Below are positions 23,841 to 36,568 of a stretch of 64,000 bases of DNA, piece after piece (the first letter of the stretch is position 1; every line of letters begins with the position of its first letter). The stretch comes from Squalus acanthias (taxonomy: Eukaryota): assembly GCA_030390025.1 (NCBI GenBank), contig CM059425.1:162318001-162382000 (forward strand), given 5' to 3'. The translations under genes and the position numbers were made by a program. The notes beneath the pieces are model-generated. The model was given only the letters and a program-made list of their open reading frames with translations, did not search any database and had not been told where the DNA came from.

Positions 23841-26800
23841 GTGCACAGAGTGAAGATCGGAACAGAGTGTTAAGCTGCGAGTTTGGCTTGGGCAGGGCAA
23901 AGCAAGCTCTGTGCTGGAGAGCAGGTGAGAGTACTTAATTAATTAAGTGGTCTAATCTGGTTCTGTAACTGCCAGAGAGCTCACTTATTTAAATCTCAGC
24001 AGTATAAATAAGGGAGGTTAGAGTGCAGTTTGTCATGGAGTGCAGATCGGAACAGAGTGTTAAGCTGAGAGTTTGGTGAGTGAGGGAGTTTGGGGAGGGA
24101 GGTGTTCCTTTCTTTTTCCATCTTTGTCAGCTTCTAGGAGAGCAGGAGCTAAAAAGCTGCACAAGAGGGGACAGAGAACCAGTGGTGAGTATTTCTGCAG
24201 TATTTCTACATTCCAGTCATTAAAGTAAAAGTAAGGTCTCTAGTTTAGAGTAAGTAGTGTTTAAAGGGAAGTAAGGTCCCTAGTGTATTTGATATTCTTT
24301 AATTTAAAAGGAGTAAATTAAGGGTAGGACATGGCAGGGCAGCTTGGCAGTGTGGAGTGCTCCTCCTGTGCGATGTTGGAAGTCTGGGACACTTTAGGTG
24401 TCCAGGGTGAACACATGTGCAGGAAGTGTCTCCAGCTGCAGCTACTCGAAATCCGCGTTTCGGAGCTGGAGCTGTGGCTGGAGTCACTGTGGAGCATCCG
24501 CAAAGCTGAGATCTTCGTGGATAGCACGTTTAACAAGGTGGTCACACCGCAGGTAAAGAGTGCACAGGCAGACAGGGAATGGGTGACCGCCAGACAGAGT
24601 AAAAGAACTAGGATGGTAGTGCAGAAGTCCCCTGGGTCCATCTCCCTCTCCGACAGATTTTCCGTTTTGGATACTGATGGGGGAGATGGGGTTTTTCAGG
24701 GGAATGCAGCAAGAGCCAAGTCCGTGGCACTACGAGTGGCTCAGCTGCACAGGAGGGGAGGAAAAAGAGTAGGAGAGCAATAGTGATAGGGGATTCTATC
24801 GTAAGAGGAACAGATAGACGTTTCTGTGGCCGCAGACGTGACTCCAGGACGGTATGTTGCCTCCCTGGTGCCAGGGTCAAGGATGTCACTGAACGGCTGC
24901 AGGGCATTCTGAAGGGGGAGGGCGAACAGTCAGAGGTCGTGGTTCACATTGGTACCAACGACATGGGTAGAAAGAGGGATGAGGTCCTGCAACAAGAATT
25001 TAGGGAGCTAGGTAGCAGATTAAAAAGCAGGACCTCAAAGGTTGTAATCTCTGGATTACTCCCGGTGCCACGTGCTAGTGAGTATAGATATAGGAGGATA
25101 GAGCAGATGAATGCGTGGCTAAAGAGTTGGTGCGGGAGGGAGGGTTTTAGTTTCCTGGATCACTGGGTCTGCTTCTGGAGAAGGTGGGACCTGTACAAGT
25201 CGGACGGGTTGCACCTGAACTGGAACGGGACCAACATCCTTGCGGGAAGGTTTGCTAGTACTGTTGGGGGGGTTTAAACTAACTTGGCAGGGGGATGGGA
25301 TACGGAGTGGAGCTATAGTAGGGGGTGATGCACAGCCAAATATAGAGGAAAAAACAAGTCAACCTGGAAGGCAGAGCAAATATGTAATGGCACAAGGGAG
25401 TATGGCAAGGCTGGATGGCATTTATTTTAATGCAAGGAGTCTTGAATTGAAGGTGTTGATGAACACATGGGAGTATGATATTGTTGCTATCACAGAGACA
25501 TGGTTGAGGGAGGGGCAGGACTGGCAGCTCAATATTCCGGGGTATAGAATCTTCAGGTGAGACAGAGGGGGGTGCAAAAGAGGAGGGGGTGTCGCAATAT
25601 TAATCAAGGAGACAATTACTGCTGTAAGGAAGGATGATCTCTTAGCAGGTTCCTCTAATGAGGCCACATGGGTAGAACTTAAAAACAAAAAGGGGGCAAG
25701 TACTTTGCTGGGAGTGTACTATAGGCCCCCAAGCAGTCAGGGGGAGATAGAGGAACAGATATATAGGCAAATTTCAGAGAAGTGTAGAAATAATAGGGTA
25801 ATAATAGTAGGGGATTTCAGCTTCCCCAATATTAACTGGGATAGTCAGAGTGTGAAAGGCTTAGAGGGTGCGGAATTCTTAAAGTGCATCCAGGAGAGCT
25901 TTTTGAGCCAGCATGTAGAAAGTCCTACAAGAGAGGGGGCGGTACTGAACCTAATTCTAGGGAATGTAGCCGGGCAAGTGGTAGAAGTGTTAGTAGGAGA
26001 GCATTTTGGTGACAGTGACCATAATTCGGTGAGATTTAAGGTAGTTATGGAAAAGGACAAAGATGGACCGGAAATAAAGGTTCTAAATTGGGGGAAGGCC
26101 GATTTTAATATGATAAGGCAGGATCTGGCCAAAGTGGACTGGGATCAGCTACTTGTCGGAAAATCCACATCAGAGCAGTGGGAATCTTTCAGAAAGGAAA
26201 TAGAGAGAGTACAACGGCAGCATGTTCCCGTAAAGGTCAAGGGTGGGACCAACAAGCCCAGGGAACCCTGGATGTCAAGGGATATACGAGAATGGATTAG
26301 GAAAAAAAGGGAGGCTTTTGGCAGATAAAAAGGACTAAAAACAATGGAAGCCCTAGAGGAATATAGAAAGTGCAGGGGGGTACTTAAAAAAGAAATTAGG
26401 AGAGCGAAGAGGGGGCATGAAAAAACACTGGCGGGCAAAATAAAGGAAAATCCCAAGGTGTTTTATAAGTATATTAAGGGCAAGAGGATAACCAAGGAAA
26501 GAGTAGGGTCCATTAGGGACCAAAGTGGCAATCTGTGTGTAGAGCCGGAAGATGTGGGTGAGGTTTTAAATTAATATTTTGCATCTGTGTTCACTATGGA
26601 GAAGGACGATGTAGGCATAGAAATCAGGCAGGGGGATTGTGATATACTTGAACAAATAAGTATTGAGAGGGAGGAGGTACTAGCGGTTTTCGCAGGCTTA
26701 AAAGTGGATAAATCCCCAGGCCCAGATGAGATGTATCCCAGGCTGCTGTGTGAGGCAAGGGAGGAGATTGCAGGAGCTCTGACACAAATTTTCAGAACCT

Positions 26801-28280
26801 CTCTGGCCACAGGGGAGGTGTCAGAGGACTGGAGAACAGCTAACGTAGTACCATTATTCAAGAAGGGTAGTAGGGTTAAACCAGGAATTACAGGCCAGTG
26901 AGCCTAACATCAGTGGTAGGGAAATTATTGGAAAAAATTCTGAGGGACAGAATTAGTCTCCACTTGGAGAGGCAAGGACTAATCAAGGATAGTCAGCATG
27001 GCTTTGTCAGGGAGAGATCATGTCTGACCAATTTGGTTGAATTTTTCGAGGGGGTGACTAGGTGTGTGGATGAGGGTAGTGCAGTTGATGTGGTCTACAT
27101 GGACTTCAGTAAGGCTTTTGACAAAGTCCCGCATGGGAGACTGGTCAAGAAGGTAAGAGCCCATGGGATCCAGGGCAACTTGGCACATTGGATCCAAAAT
27201 TGGCTTAGTGGCAGGAGGCAGAGGGTGATGGTTGAAGGTTGTTTTTGTGACTGGAAGCCTGTGTCCAGTGGTGTACCGCAGGGATCGGTGCTGGGTCCTT
27301 TGCTGTTTGTGGTGTACATTAATGATTTAGATATAAATGTAGCAGGTATGATCAGTAAGTTCGCAGATGACATGAAAATTGGTGGGGTGGTAAATAGCGA
27401 GGAGGGAAGCCTCAAGCTACAGGACGATATAGATGGGTTGGTCAGATGGGCAGAACAGTGGCAAATGGAATTTAACCCTGAAAAGTGTGAGGTGATGCAT
27501 TTTGGGAGGACTAACAAGGCAAGGGAATACACAATGAATGGTAGGAACCTAGGAAGGACAGAGAATCAGAGGGACCTTGGTGTGCATGTACATAGATCCC
27601 TGAAGGCAGCAGGACAGGTAGATAAGGTGGTTAAAAAGGCATATGGGATACTTGCCTTCATTAGCCGAGGCAAAGAATATAAGAGCAGGGAGGTTATGAT
27701 GGAGCTATACAAAACGCTAGTTAGGCCACAGCTGGAATACTGTGTGCAGTTCTGGTCGCCACACTATAGGAAGGATGTGATTGCATTGGAGAGGGTGCAG
27801 AGGAGATTCACCAGGATGTTACCTGGGCTGCAGCGCTTCAGCTATGAAGAGAGACTGGACAGGCTGGGGTTGTTTTCCTTAGAGCAGAGAAGGCTGAGGG
27901 GGGACCTGATTGAGGTGTACAAAATTATGAGGGGCATAGATAGGGTAGATAGAAAGGAACATTTCCCTTTATTAGAGGGGTCAATAACCAGGGGGCATAG
28001 TTTCAAGGTAAGGGGCAGGAGGTTTAGAGGGGATTTGAGGAAAAACTTTTTCACCCAGAGGGTGGTTGGAATCTGAAACTCACTGCCTGAAAGGGTGGTA
28101 GAGACAGGAACCCTCACAACATTCAAGAAGCATTTAGATGAGCACTTGAAATGCCATAGCATACAAAGCTACGGACCAAGTGCTGGAAAATGGGATTAGA
28201 ATAGACAGGGCTTGATGGCCAGCGCGGACACGATGGGCCGAAGGGCCTCTTTCTGTGCTGTATAGCTCTGTGACTCTATG
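23841..28280 (+). mobile_element. Full-length but inactivated CR1 LINE
   Basis: 5'UTR with a duplicated ~38-bp block (23848 and 24038). ORF1 24331-25277 (Zn finger, zipper, GDSIVRG/HIGTND/DGLHLN esterase; one frameshift). ORF2 APE+RT ~25405-28190 with stops and frameshifts. 3' tail TGACTCTATG. Confidence 0.95.
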
Positions 28281-28499
28281 AATTGTCTGGGCACAGTGAA
28301 TATCAGAAAATCCGGAAGTCAGAGCACATGCCTGTCATCTGCCTGATTTTCCTTTCATTTAAACTAATGGTGGAAAATTAGGTGGGTTCCTTTACAGACA
28401 TGCTCTGACCCAGGGAAATCTCCCCATTGTGTCTGTGTAGGAGTTACCACCCCACTGGAGTTATCTGCTGTTTTTCCCTGTGCATTTAATACTTTTATG

Positions 28500-31400
28500 A
28501 AACTTTAGAAAATGTTTTTGGGGCAAGGAGGAATGTGTTACTTTGGCTGCGCTGCGGAGGATGTGGAGCTTTGTGTGAAACTCTGTGGGACAGGAAGGAA
28601 CTGGACTGTTGGGACGGGCTCCACCTGAACCTGAATAGGGCGGTCACAAAGACTTTAAACTAATAAATGGGGTGTAGGGCTCAGGTGGAAAAGTAATATA
28701 AATAATGGCCCAGAAATTAGGCTCCCTGGCTTCCCGCGGGTGCAAGGATCCCGCGCGCACCTACCTACCGCGCCTGCCGTTGACCTCTGGGCCCACGGGG
28801 TCTTCAGCTCCTGGGCCTCCTGTAGCTGCCGGTGCGCAGTGCTTGTGTATCCCAGGGGCGCAGTTAGTGCGATGCATCCCCTAGGATCACGTGGGCCATG
28901 GAGAGCCAATGGCAGCAGACCATCTTTCATTCATAGATTTGACAGGAAGACCTGTCAAATATATGAATTGAAATCGGCCCCAAAACAACACCTAAACTTC
29001 AAATAATTTTTTTTAAAACCATCACATTTTTAAAATAACTATAAGTTAAATAAATTAACTACTTTAAACAAAAATTTAATTTTTGAAAAAATTAAAATAC
29101 TTTTTAACAGTGCTAAAAATAAACTTACCTTTCTTTAACGTATCTAAAAAAGATAAACCTGTTGAAAAAAAAATTAAATTGTAATTAATTAACCACTTAC
29201 CTTGTTAAAAACGGGTCTTGCGCCTCCTTTTTAAATGTGCAGCTTCTTCAATACTTACCTTCCCGGAGAAACCTGAAAAAAAACCTAAGTTCGCTGCGTG
29301 CGCGGTTCACCTCTCAACTCCTCCCTTCACGAGACCGGAAGTTCCGGTTTCCCGCGCATGCCAGTGCATGCAGGAAACCGACACTTCAGGAGGCCTTTCG
29401 GGTGAGTACACAGCGCGTACTCACCCGGCAAGTGCCAAATTTTTGGCCCAATAATAAAACAAATGAAAGGGAAGAGTATTAAATAATTGTCAGAAATTGT
29501 ACAGGTAAAGGGAAAACTAAAAGATGTAAAGTAATTAAATCAGGAAAGAGAATAAGAAATGTGTGAGAAAACCATTAGAGCAGAAGAACAGGTTAGGGTG
29601 TGTGGCCCAAACAAATGTTCTTTATACAAATGCACAGAATATAAGGAACAAATTCAACTTAGAGGTATGACATGGTAGCCATTACGAGACATGGCTGAAA
29701 GATGGTCAAGACTGGGAACTGAATATACCAGGTTATAAAGTCTACAGGAAAGATAGGGAAACTGCTAGAGGGGGAGGAGTAGCCTTAGTGATTAAGGATG
29801 AAATTACTTCAATGATGAGAGAGGATATAACATGAGGTCAGCAGGCAGTGGTGACATTGTCAGTAGAATTAAGAAATAGAAAAGGATTTAAGACTGCAGT
29901 GGGAGTTGTGTATAGGCCCCTGGTAGCAGCTGTGAAGTGGCAGAATGCATAACTGCAGAGATTAGACAAGCATGTAGTAAAGGCAGAGTGGTTTTAATGG
30001 GGATTTTAACTTCCATATAGATTGGGATAAGCAGACTAGTTCATGTCAGAAAGGTAGTGAATTTCTTGAGTGTGTTCAGGATAGTTTTCTGCAACAATAT
30101 GTCCTCGAACCAACAAGGGGGCAAGCCATATTAAATTTAATAATGAGTAATGAGCCAGATTTAGTTACCAGCCTAACAGTGCTAATAGCGATCATAATAT
30201 GATCGAGTTCAATGTCGTATGAATGAATGTATGAAAGGGAGAAACGCAAAACAGCTACTAAGATTCTAAATTTAGGTAAGGCTGACTTCAATGGGATGAG
30301 ACAGGGACTGTCCACAGAAAACTGGGAAAATCTGTTAATGGGTAAATCGACGGAAGATCAGTAAGGGGTGTTCAAAAAAGAATTTAATGTGATACAGAAC
30401 CAGTTTATACCCCTAAGGGGCAAGAGCTCTACTTGCCAAAAAAAAAAGCCATGGATGACAAAAGGGGTAAGGGACAACACAAAACTAAAAGAAAAAGCTT
30501 ACAAAAATGCAAAAAATAGCACAGATCCTGGTGACTGGGAGAGATACAAAGAACAACAAAAGGTGACAAAACAGATAGTAAGAGCTACAAAAAGAGAGCA
30601 TGAAAAGAAACTTGCAAGAGATATCAAAGAACAAAAAAAGTTACAATTATATTGGGGAAAAAAGGGAGGTCACGAGCAATATGGAGCCCTTGAAAACAGA
30701 TAACGGTGATATTGTAAATGAAAATAAGGAAATGACGGACATGTTAAATAAATACTTTGTCAGTATTTACAGTAGAGGAAGAGGATAGCATGCCAGAAAT
30801 CCCAAGAAAACTAATATTGAATGGGCACTCACGAAAATTAACGTAAGCAAACTAACAGTAATGAAGAAAATAATGGCACTAAAGAGTGACAAATCCCGAG
30901 GACCAGATGGTTTCCCTCCCAGGGTTTTAAAGGAAATAGGTGAGAACATTGCAGATGCCCTAATTATAATCTTCCAAAGTTCTCTCGATTCAGGAGCCGT
31001 TCCTTTAGATTGGAAAACTGCACATGAAACTCTATTTAGGAAAGGTGAGTGAGGGAAACCAAGGAATTATAGACCAGTTAACCTAACATCTGTTGTTGAG
31101 AAATGACTAGAGCATATAATTAAGGATAGAGTAACTGAACACCTTGAAAATGTTCAGCTGATCAGAGAGAGCCAGTACTTTCTAAATGGTGAAAAGCTAG
31201 AAACAGTGAAGGTCCAAAGAAACTTAGGGGTTCATATACATAATCATTAACATGTCATGGACAGGTACAGAAAATAATCAAAAAGGCTAATGGAATGCTG
31301 GGCTTTATATCTTGAGGACTCAAATCCAAGGGGGTAGAAGTTATGCTGCAGCTATATAAAGTCCTAGTTAGACCAAACCTGGAGTACTGTGTTCAGTTCT

Positions 31401-31912
31401 GAGCACAACACCTTAGGAAGGATATATTGGCCTTGGAGGGAGTGCAGCATAGATTTACCAGAATGATACCTGGACTCCAAGGGTTAAATTATGAGGGGAG
31501 ATTACACAACCTAGGGTTGTATTCCCTGGAATTTAGAAAGTTAAGGGGTGATTTGATCGAAGTTTTCAAGATATTAAGGGGCACTGATAAGGTAGATAGA
31601 AACTATTTCTGCTGGTTGGGGAGTTTAGGACTTGGGTACATAGCCTAAAAATTAGAGCCAGACCTTTCATGAGTGAAGTTAGGAAACACTTGTGCACGCA
31701 AAGGGTGGTAGAAGTTTGGAACTCTCTTCCGCAAACGACAGTTGATGCTAGGTCAATTGTTAATTTGAAATCTGAGTGACAAATTTTTGTTAACCAAAGA
31801 TATTAAGGGATAAGGAGCAAAGGCAGTTATAGTTAGGTCACAGATCAGCCATGATCTCATTGAATGGCAGAACAGGCTCGAGGGGCTAAATAGCCTACTC
31901 ATGTTTCTATGA
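28500..31912 (+). mobile_element. Decayed CR1 LINE (ORF1 end, ORF2 with internal deletion at ~31175)
   Basis: DGLHLN remnant near 28615; APE and RT fragments; CR1 3'UTR. Same subfamily as 40662-43608. Confidence 0.85.
28707..29449. mobile_element. Non-autonomous Harbinger-type TIR element (family B)
   Basis: TIRs GGCCCAGAAATT / AATTTTTGGCCC; TSD AAT (28704-28706, 29450-29452). Highly similar to 47227-47953. Confidence 0.9.
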
Positions 31913-32705
31913 CACTGTTCTGCAGTCCTGGGGGTTAAGATAATTGGCAATCAATGTCAGTGCCACCTCTCTCCAGGCATGAGTGATAATTTGGGTCACA
32001 TGGTGGCACCCAAACCTAGCAGACTGTTCATCTTGTCTTCAATGCCCTCTAAGAGGGCTTGAAGGTCTAAATGAGTGAAGTTGTGTATTCTTCTCAGGCT
32101 TGGTGACATGCATTGTTGCCCCCTGGGCACAGATGGTGCTTGAATGGTCACAATTTTCTACAAGTGTAATAAAAATCTTGCTAAGGCACGTAGAGCAGTT
32201 ATTAGAGAGCGACATGAAAGAGCTAAGCAGTGCTTGCACCAAATGCAATGCAAATAAGCAGAGAAGGAATATCTTGTGTATGTCCCTCGGGAGGCCACTG
32301 GCTGACGCAACACTTTTTTAAAAGATGCAATAGCGGTGTAACAAATTTCGAGGAAATTCTAGTCTGTGAAATGTTCATACTGTATCTACATAAACTATGA
32401 AAAATGCTTATAACTATAATTAGATTTCTTCTAATCTTGGGTTGTGTCTGGAGAAAGCTTTTTGCGCTTATTCAAAGCACAATTGGGTACAAGTGTCCCT
32501 GGTGGTAGTGATGGGAAACAACTTGATGTGAAGCATTAAAAGCAACAATCAAGCATGTCAAACATTAAAACATATTGGCACAAGTTTGATTTGTTTTTCT
32601 ACAGCTTACTGGAATATATACTAAACATATGACAGCACTGAGAAACCCTGTGGAAATTCACCTTGTAGTGTTATATTTTTCATACTTTCCCCTCCCTCCC
32701 AGAAC

Positions 32706-33032
32706 CAGCCTTCAGGACTCAACATTGAGTTCAACAATTTCAGATCATAATGCCTGCCCCCATTTTGTCAGATGGGAGCTGTTGATGATTCTGCTATTCC
32801 CATTTAAACCTCCTCTAGACCCATCTTTTGTTTCTTTACTTGTCCCTTTTGCCTTGCACCATCATCTCTTTTATCATTTAATCTCTCTTGCCTTCCACCA
32901 TGTCACAGACCTTCCCTTTTGTTCTTTCCTCCCATCCACGCTTTCCCTGTCTTTGTACTTGCTTAAAACCTGTTACATCTGTCACATTTTCCAGTTCTGA
33001 TGAAAGGTCAGCGACCTTAAATCTTAACTTGT
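32706..33032 (+). mobile_element. Penelope-like 3' fragment with decayed hammerhead
   Basis: QPSGLNIEFNNFRS* end and pyrimidine-rich UTR, as at 43607-44130. It resumes at 34775-34811 and ~35250-35280 after two nested insertions. Confidence 0.8.
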
Positions 33033-34774
33033 GGCTGGGATTTTCCTTACCTCGGCAGGTCCGGGGCGGCGATGTCGGTGGTGGATCGCAGCTCCGCTGC
33101 TGACACCATCCCATTCTGGAAAATGAACTTACGTTGATGGGGCTTGTTAAGCCCGCCCAGCGCATTTCCCGGGCCAATTAGAGGAAGCGGGTATGGTGAC
33201 GTCATTTTGTGACGCGTCATCAGCCGGTTTCCTTAAAGGGACCATGGCCAACTTTCTTTTGACATTTGTGCTGTCAGCGTTCTACAGCATTGAAGTGCTG
33301 CAAATACTGACAATGACTGCACAGGGGCGCAGGGCTGCACACAGGTTCTCCCCTGACTTCCTCCAGAGGCTTATGGAGGGAGTCACATCACGCAGGGAGG
33401 TCCTCTTCCCAGGAGAACAAAACAGCCTGGTTGCACATTGCACAGGAGGGCATAAGCAGGGATGTGGTCAGGAGGACCTGGGTGCAGTGCCGCAAACCTT
33501 TCAATTATCTCATTAGATCATGAAACATTAGGAAAAAGCCACACTCAACCTCATCCTGCTCTGCCTCTCATCACATCCCCATCACTCTGCCTTCCCTTCC
33601 CTGCACATCCTTACTCACACCAACTTACCTTGCACCTCCACCCATCCCTCTCTCTCTATCTACATTATCACATCCCCATCTCACTCGCCACCCCGCACAC
33701 TTACCCTCATCCTAGTGCAATCATGCCAACTAACAACACACAAGGGTAGGCACTTAGGTGTTTTATCCAATGTTCATGTAAAGTTTCTGTTAATGTGCTG
33801 TCAAACATTGAAACCTTTATTTTCAACACTTTGCGTTCTTGGACAGATTTGTGTGCACTTTTGGAAGTGGCTTAGTGAGTTGCAGTGAATGGTGAGACAT
33901 AACGGTACCCCCCGCAATCATCATGAGTGTGAAAGGAATGGCTTGGACATTGTAGGGATGCTTTATGGTGTTGGTATGGGGTGGTGCCAACCTGGCGCAT
34001 CACGTGGCAGCCAGGGTGTACAGCGTCAAGTGAAGTAAATATGACCATGGTGCGACCATCCCTGGCCTCCCGGGCAGCAATGTGCTCGGGTGCTGATGCC
34101 CTCTGTCCTGTGCAGCATCAGGTGATTGCGGAGAAGGTTGGTGTTGTTGTTGGTGCTGCTGGTGTGCCTGGTGCTGCTGGTGTTGGGGCTGATCGTGGTC
34201 GGATTCTGAGGACCAAGGTGATATAGTATAAAGGGCACCCATGTTGATGGAATAGATGACAGGTGAAGTAGAGATGACAGAAGCATTCTGTCAATGGTGA
34301 GAGAGTTCTTCCAATGTGGTAAGAGTGGATAGAGAGTGGAAAGTGGAAAGTCTGCAGAATCTGTACTGGAAATGGAATGAGAAACTGCTTGTGGCTGAGG
34401 AAATTGATGATCTGTCAGGTGGGAGCTTTTACTGCACATTTGAAGCTGTCAAGTAATCAGCTGGAGCAATGGCAATTAGCTCCCGCCTCAGGCTCACAGA
34501 CTTGGTCCCAGAGCAGCGTGGACCCCGTGGGCGAGCAGTTAAAGTGAAAAGGTAAGGTTAAAAGCATTATTAAGAGTCTGTCAACAACCCAATAACCGGT
34601 TTAATTGTTCGGCCACTGCTGCAGGTCAGGTCGGATTGGAGATCACGCACCCTTCTGTGCGAAAGGTGCGCTGTGGCAGGTCGACAGCGGGGTCCCGATC
34701 CGCTGTCAAAAAAATCAAATTTCCCACCTGACCCAACACCGATCCTGCCCGCTGACCCCCTGGAAAATTCCCCC
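33033..34774. mobile_element. Second internally deleted Harbinger copy (inverted relative to 20499-22261)
   Basis: TIRs GGCTGGGATTTTCC / GGAAAATTCCCCC. Myb remnant RAAHRFSPDFLQRLMEGVTSRREVLFP on +; Gln/His-rich ORF 34000-34242 on -. Confidence 0.85.
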
Positions 34775-34811
34775 TTTTTTCTCTCTCCACAGATGCTGCC
34801 TGACCTGCTGA

Positions 34812-35250
34812 CTACATAGGATTACATAGGATATACAGCACAGAAGCAGGCCATTCGGCCCAACCAGTCCATGCCAGCATTTATGCTCCATTTGAGCCTG
34901 CTCCCATCTTTCCTCATCTAACTCTATCAGCATAACCCTCTATTCCCTTCTCCCTCATATGCTTATCTAACTGCCCCTTAAATGCATCTATACTATTCGC
35001 TTCAACCACTCCCTGTGGCAGCGAGTTCCACATTCTCACCACTGTCTGGGTAAAGAAGTTTCTTCTGAATTCCCTATTTGATTTCTTGGTGACTATCTTA
35101 TATTGATGGCCTCTAGTTTTGTTCTTCCACATAAGTGGAAACACTCTCTCTGTATCTACTCTATCGAAACCTTTCATAATTTTAAAGACCTCTATTAGGT
35201 CACCCCTCAGCCTTCTCTTTTCAAGAGAAAAGAAACCCAGTCTGTTCATG
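34812..35250 (-). mobile_element. CR1 3' fragment
   Basis: ORF 34914-35249 LGFFSLEKRRLRGDLIEVFKI...FFTQ..WNSLP; tail of TCCTATGT repeats. Confidence 0.9.
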
Positions 35251-35979
35251 CAGTATTTCCTGCATTTTCAGTTTTTACTCCAATTAGCACTCCTGAGTTC
35301 TGGCAAATAAAAATACACTAAAGGCTTGCCGACCATGAACGGAGGAAAGCAGTTCCACTTTCTGAAGAAACATCTCAATGGCATCATCATTGAAGCATTG
35401 GGCCCTGTTTCTTTTCCTAGTGGCTCCTGCCATTCTTGCCCATGAATTGCCACCTTCCACGCAGACCATTACAACAGCTTGCATTTATATAGCGCCTTTA
35501 ATGTAGAAAAATGTCCAAAGGCATTTCACAGAAATATAATCAGATAAAAATGGACATCAAGCCAAAAAAAAAGATATTAGGAAGGATGACTAAAAGCTTG
35601 GAAAATTAGCTTGGTTTTAAGGAGGGTTTTAAAGGAGGAGAGGGAATGGAGATGTGGAGACAGTTAGGGAGGGAATTCCAGAATGCAGGGCTCAGATGGC
35701 TGAAGGCATGGCCGCCACTGCAGGGGCAAAGGAAGTGGGGGAATGCACAAAGGCTAGAGTCCATGGACCGAAGAGTTCATGGAGGATTGTAGGGCTGGAG
35801 GAGGATACAGAGATCAGGTGGGGCGAGACCATGGAGGGATCGTAACATGTGGAGGAAAATTTAAAATTTGAGGCATTGGGGGACCCAGAGTCACTGTAGG
35901 TCAGAGCACAGAAATGATGGGGGAGTGGGTCCTGATGTGGGATAAGATATGGGCAGAAGAGTTTTGGATGAGTTTAAGT

Positions 35980-36455
35980 TTTTTTAATTCGTTCACGGAA
36001 TGTGGGAATCGCTGGCAAGGCCAGCATTTATTGCCCATTCCTAATTGCCCTTGAGAAGGTGGTGGTGAGCCACCTTCTTGAACTGCTGCAGTCCGTGTGG
36101 TGAAGGTACTTCCACAGTGCTGTTAGGGGGGGAGTTCCAGGATTTTGACCCAGCGACCATGAAGGAACGGCGATACATTTCCAAGTCAGGATGGGAGGGG
36201 AACTTGCAGGTGATGGTGCTCCCAAGCATCTGCTGCCCTTGTCCTTCTTGCTGGTAGAGGTCGTAGGTTTGGGAGGTGCTGTCAAAGAAGCCTTGGCGAG
36301 TTGCTGCAGTGCATCTTGTAGATGGTACACACTGCAGACACAGTTCGCCAGTGGTGGAGGGAGTGAATATTTAAGGTGGTGGATGGGGTGCCAGTCAAGC
36401 GGGCTGCTTTGTCTTGGATAGTGTTGAGCTTCTTGAGTGTTGTTGGAACTGCACT
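35980..36455 (-). mobile_element. HER1/HE1-like LINE 3' end
   Basis: Minus strand reads TTLKKLNTIQDKAARL..HSLHHWRTV..IYKMHC and WNS.PNS..GLQQFKKVAHHHLLKGN*, then tail GGGCAATAAATGCTGGCC. Confidence 0.7.
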
Positions 36456-36568
36456 CATCCATACAGAGCATGGAGAATGGTAGAGCATTGGAATATTCAA
36501 GCCTGGAAGGTGACAAAGGCACGGATAAAGATTTCAGCAGCAGATGGGCGGAGGCAGGGGCGGAGGCA

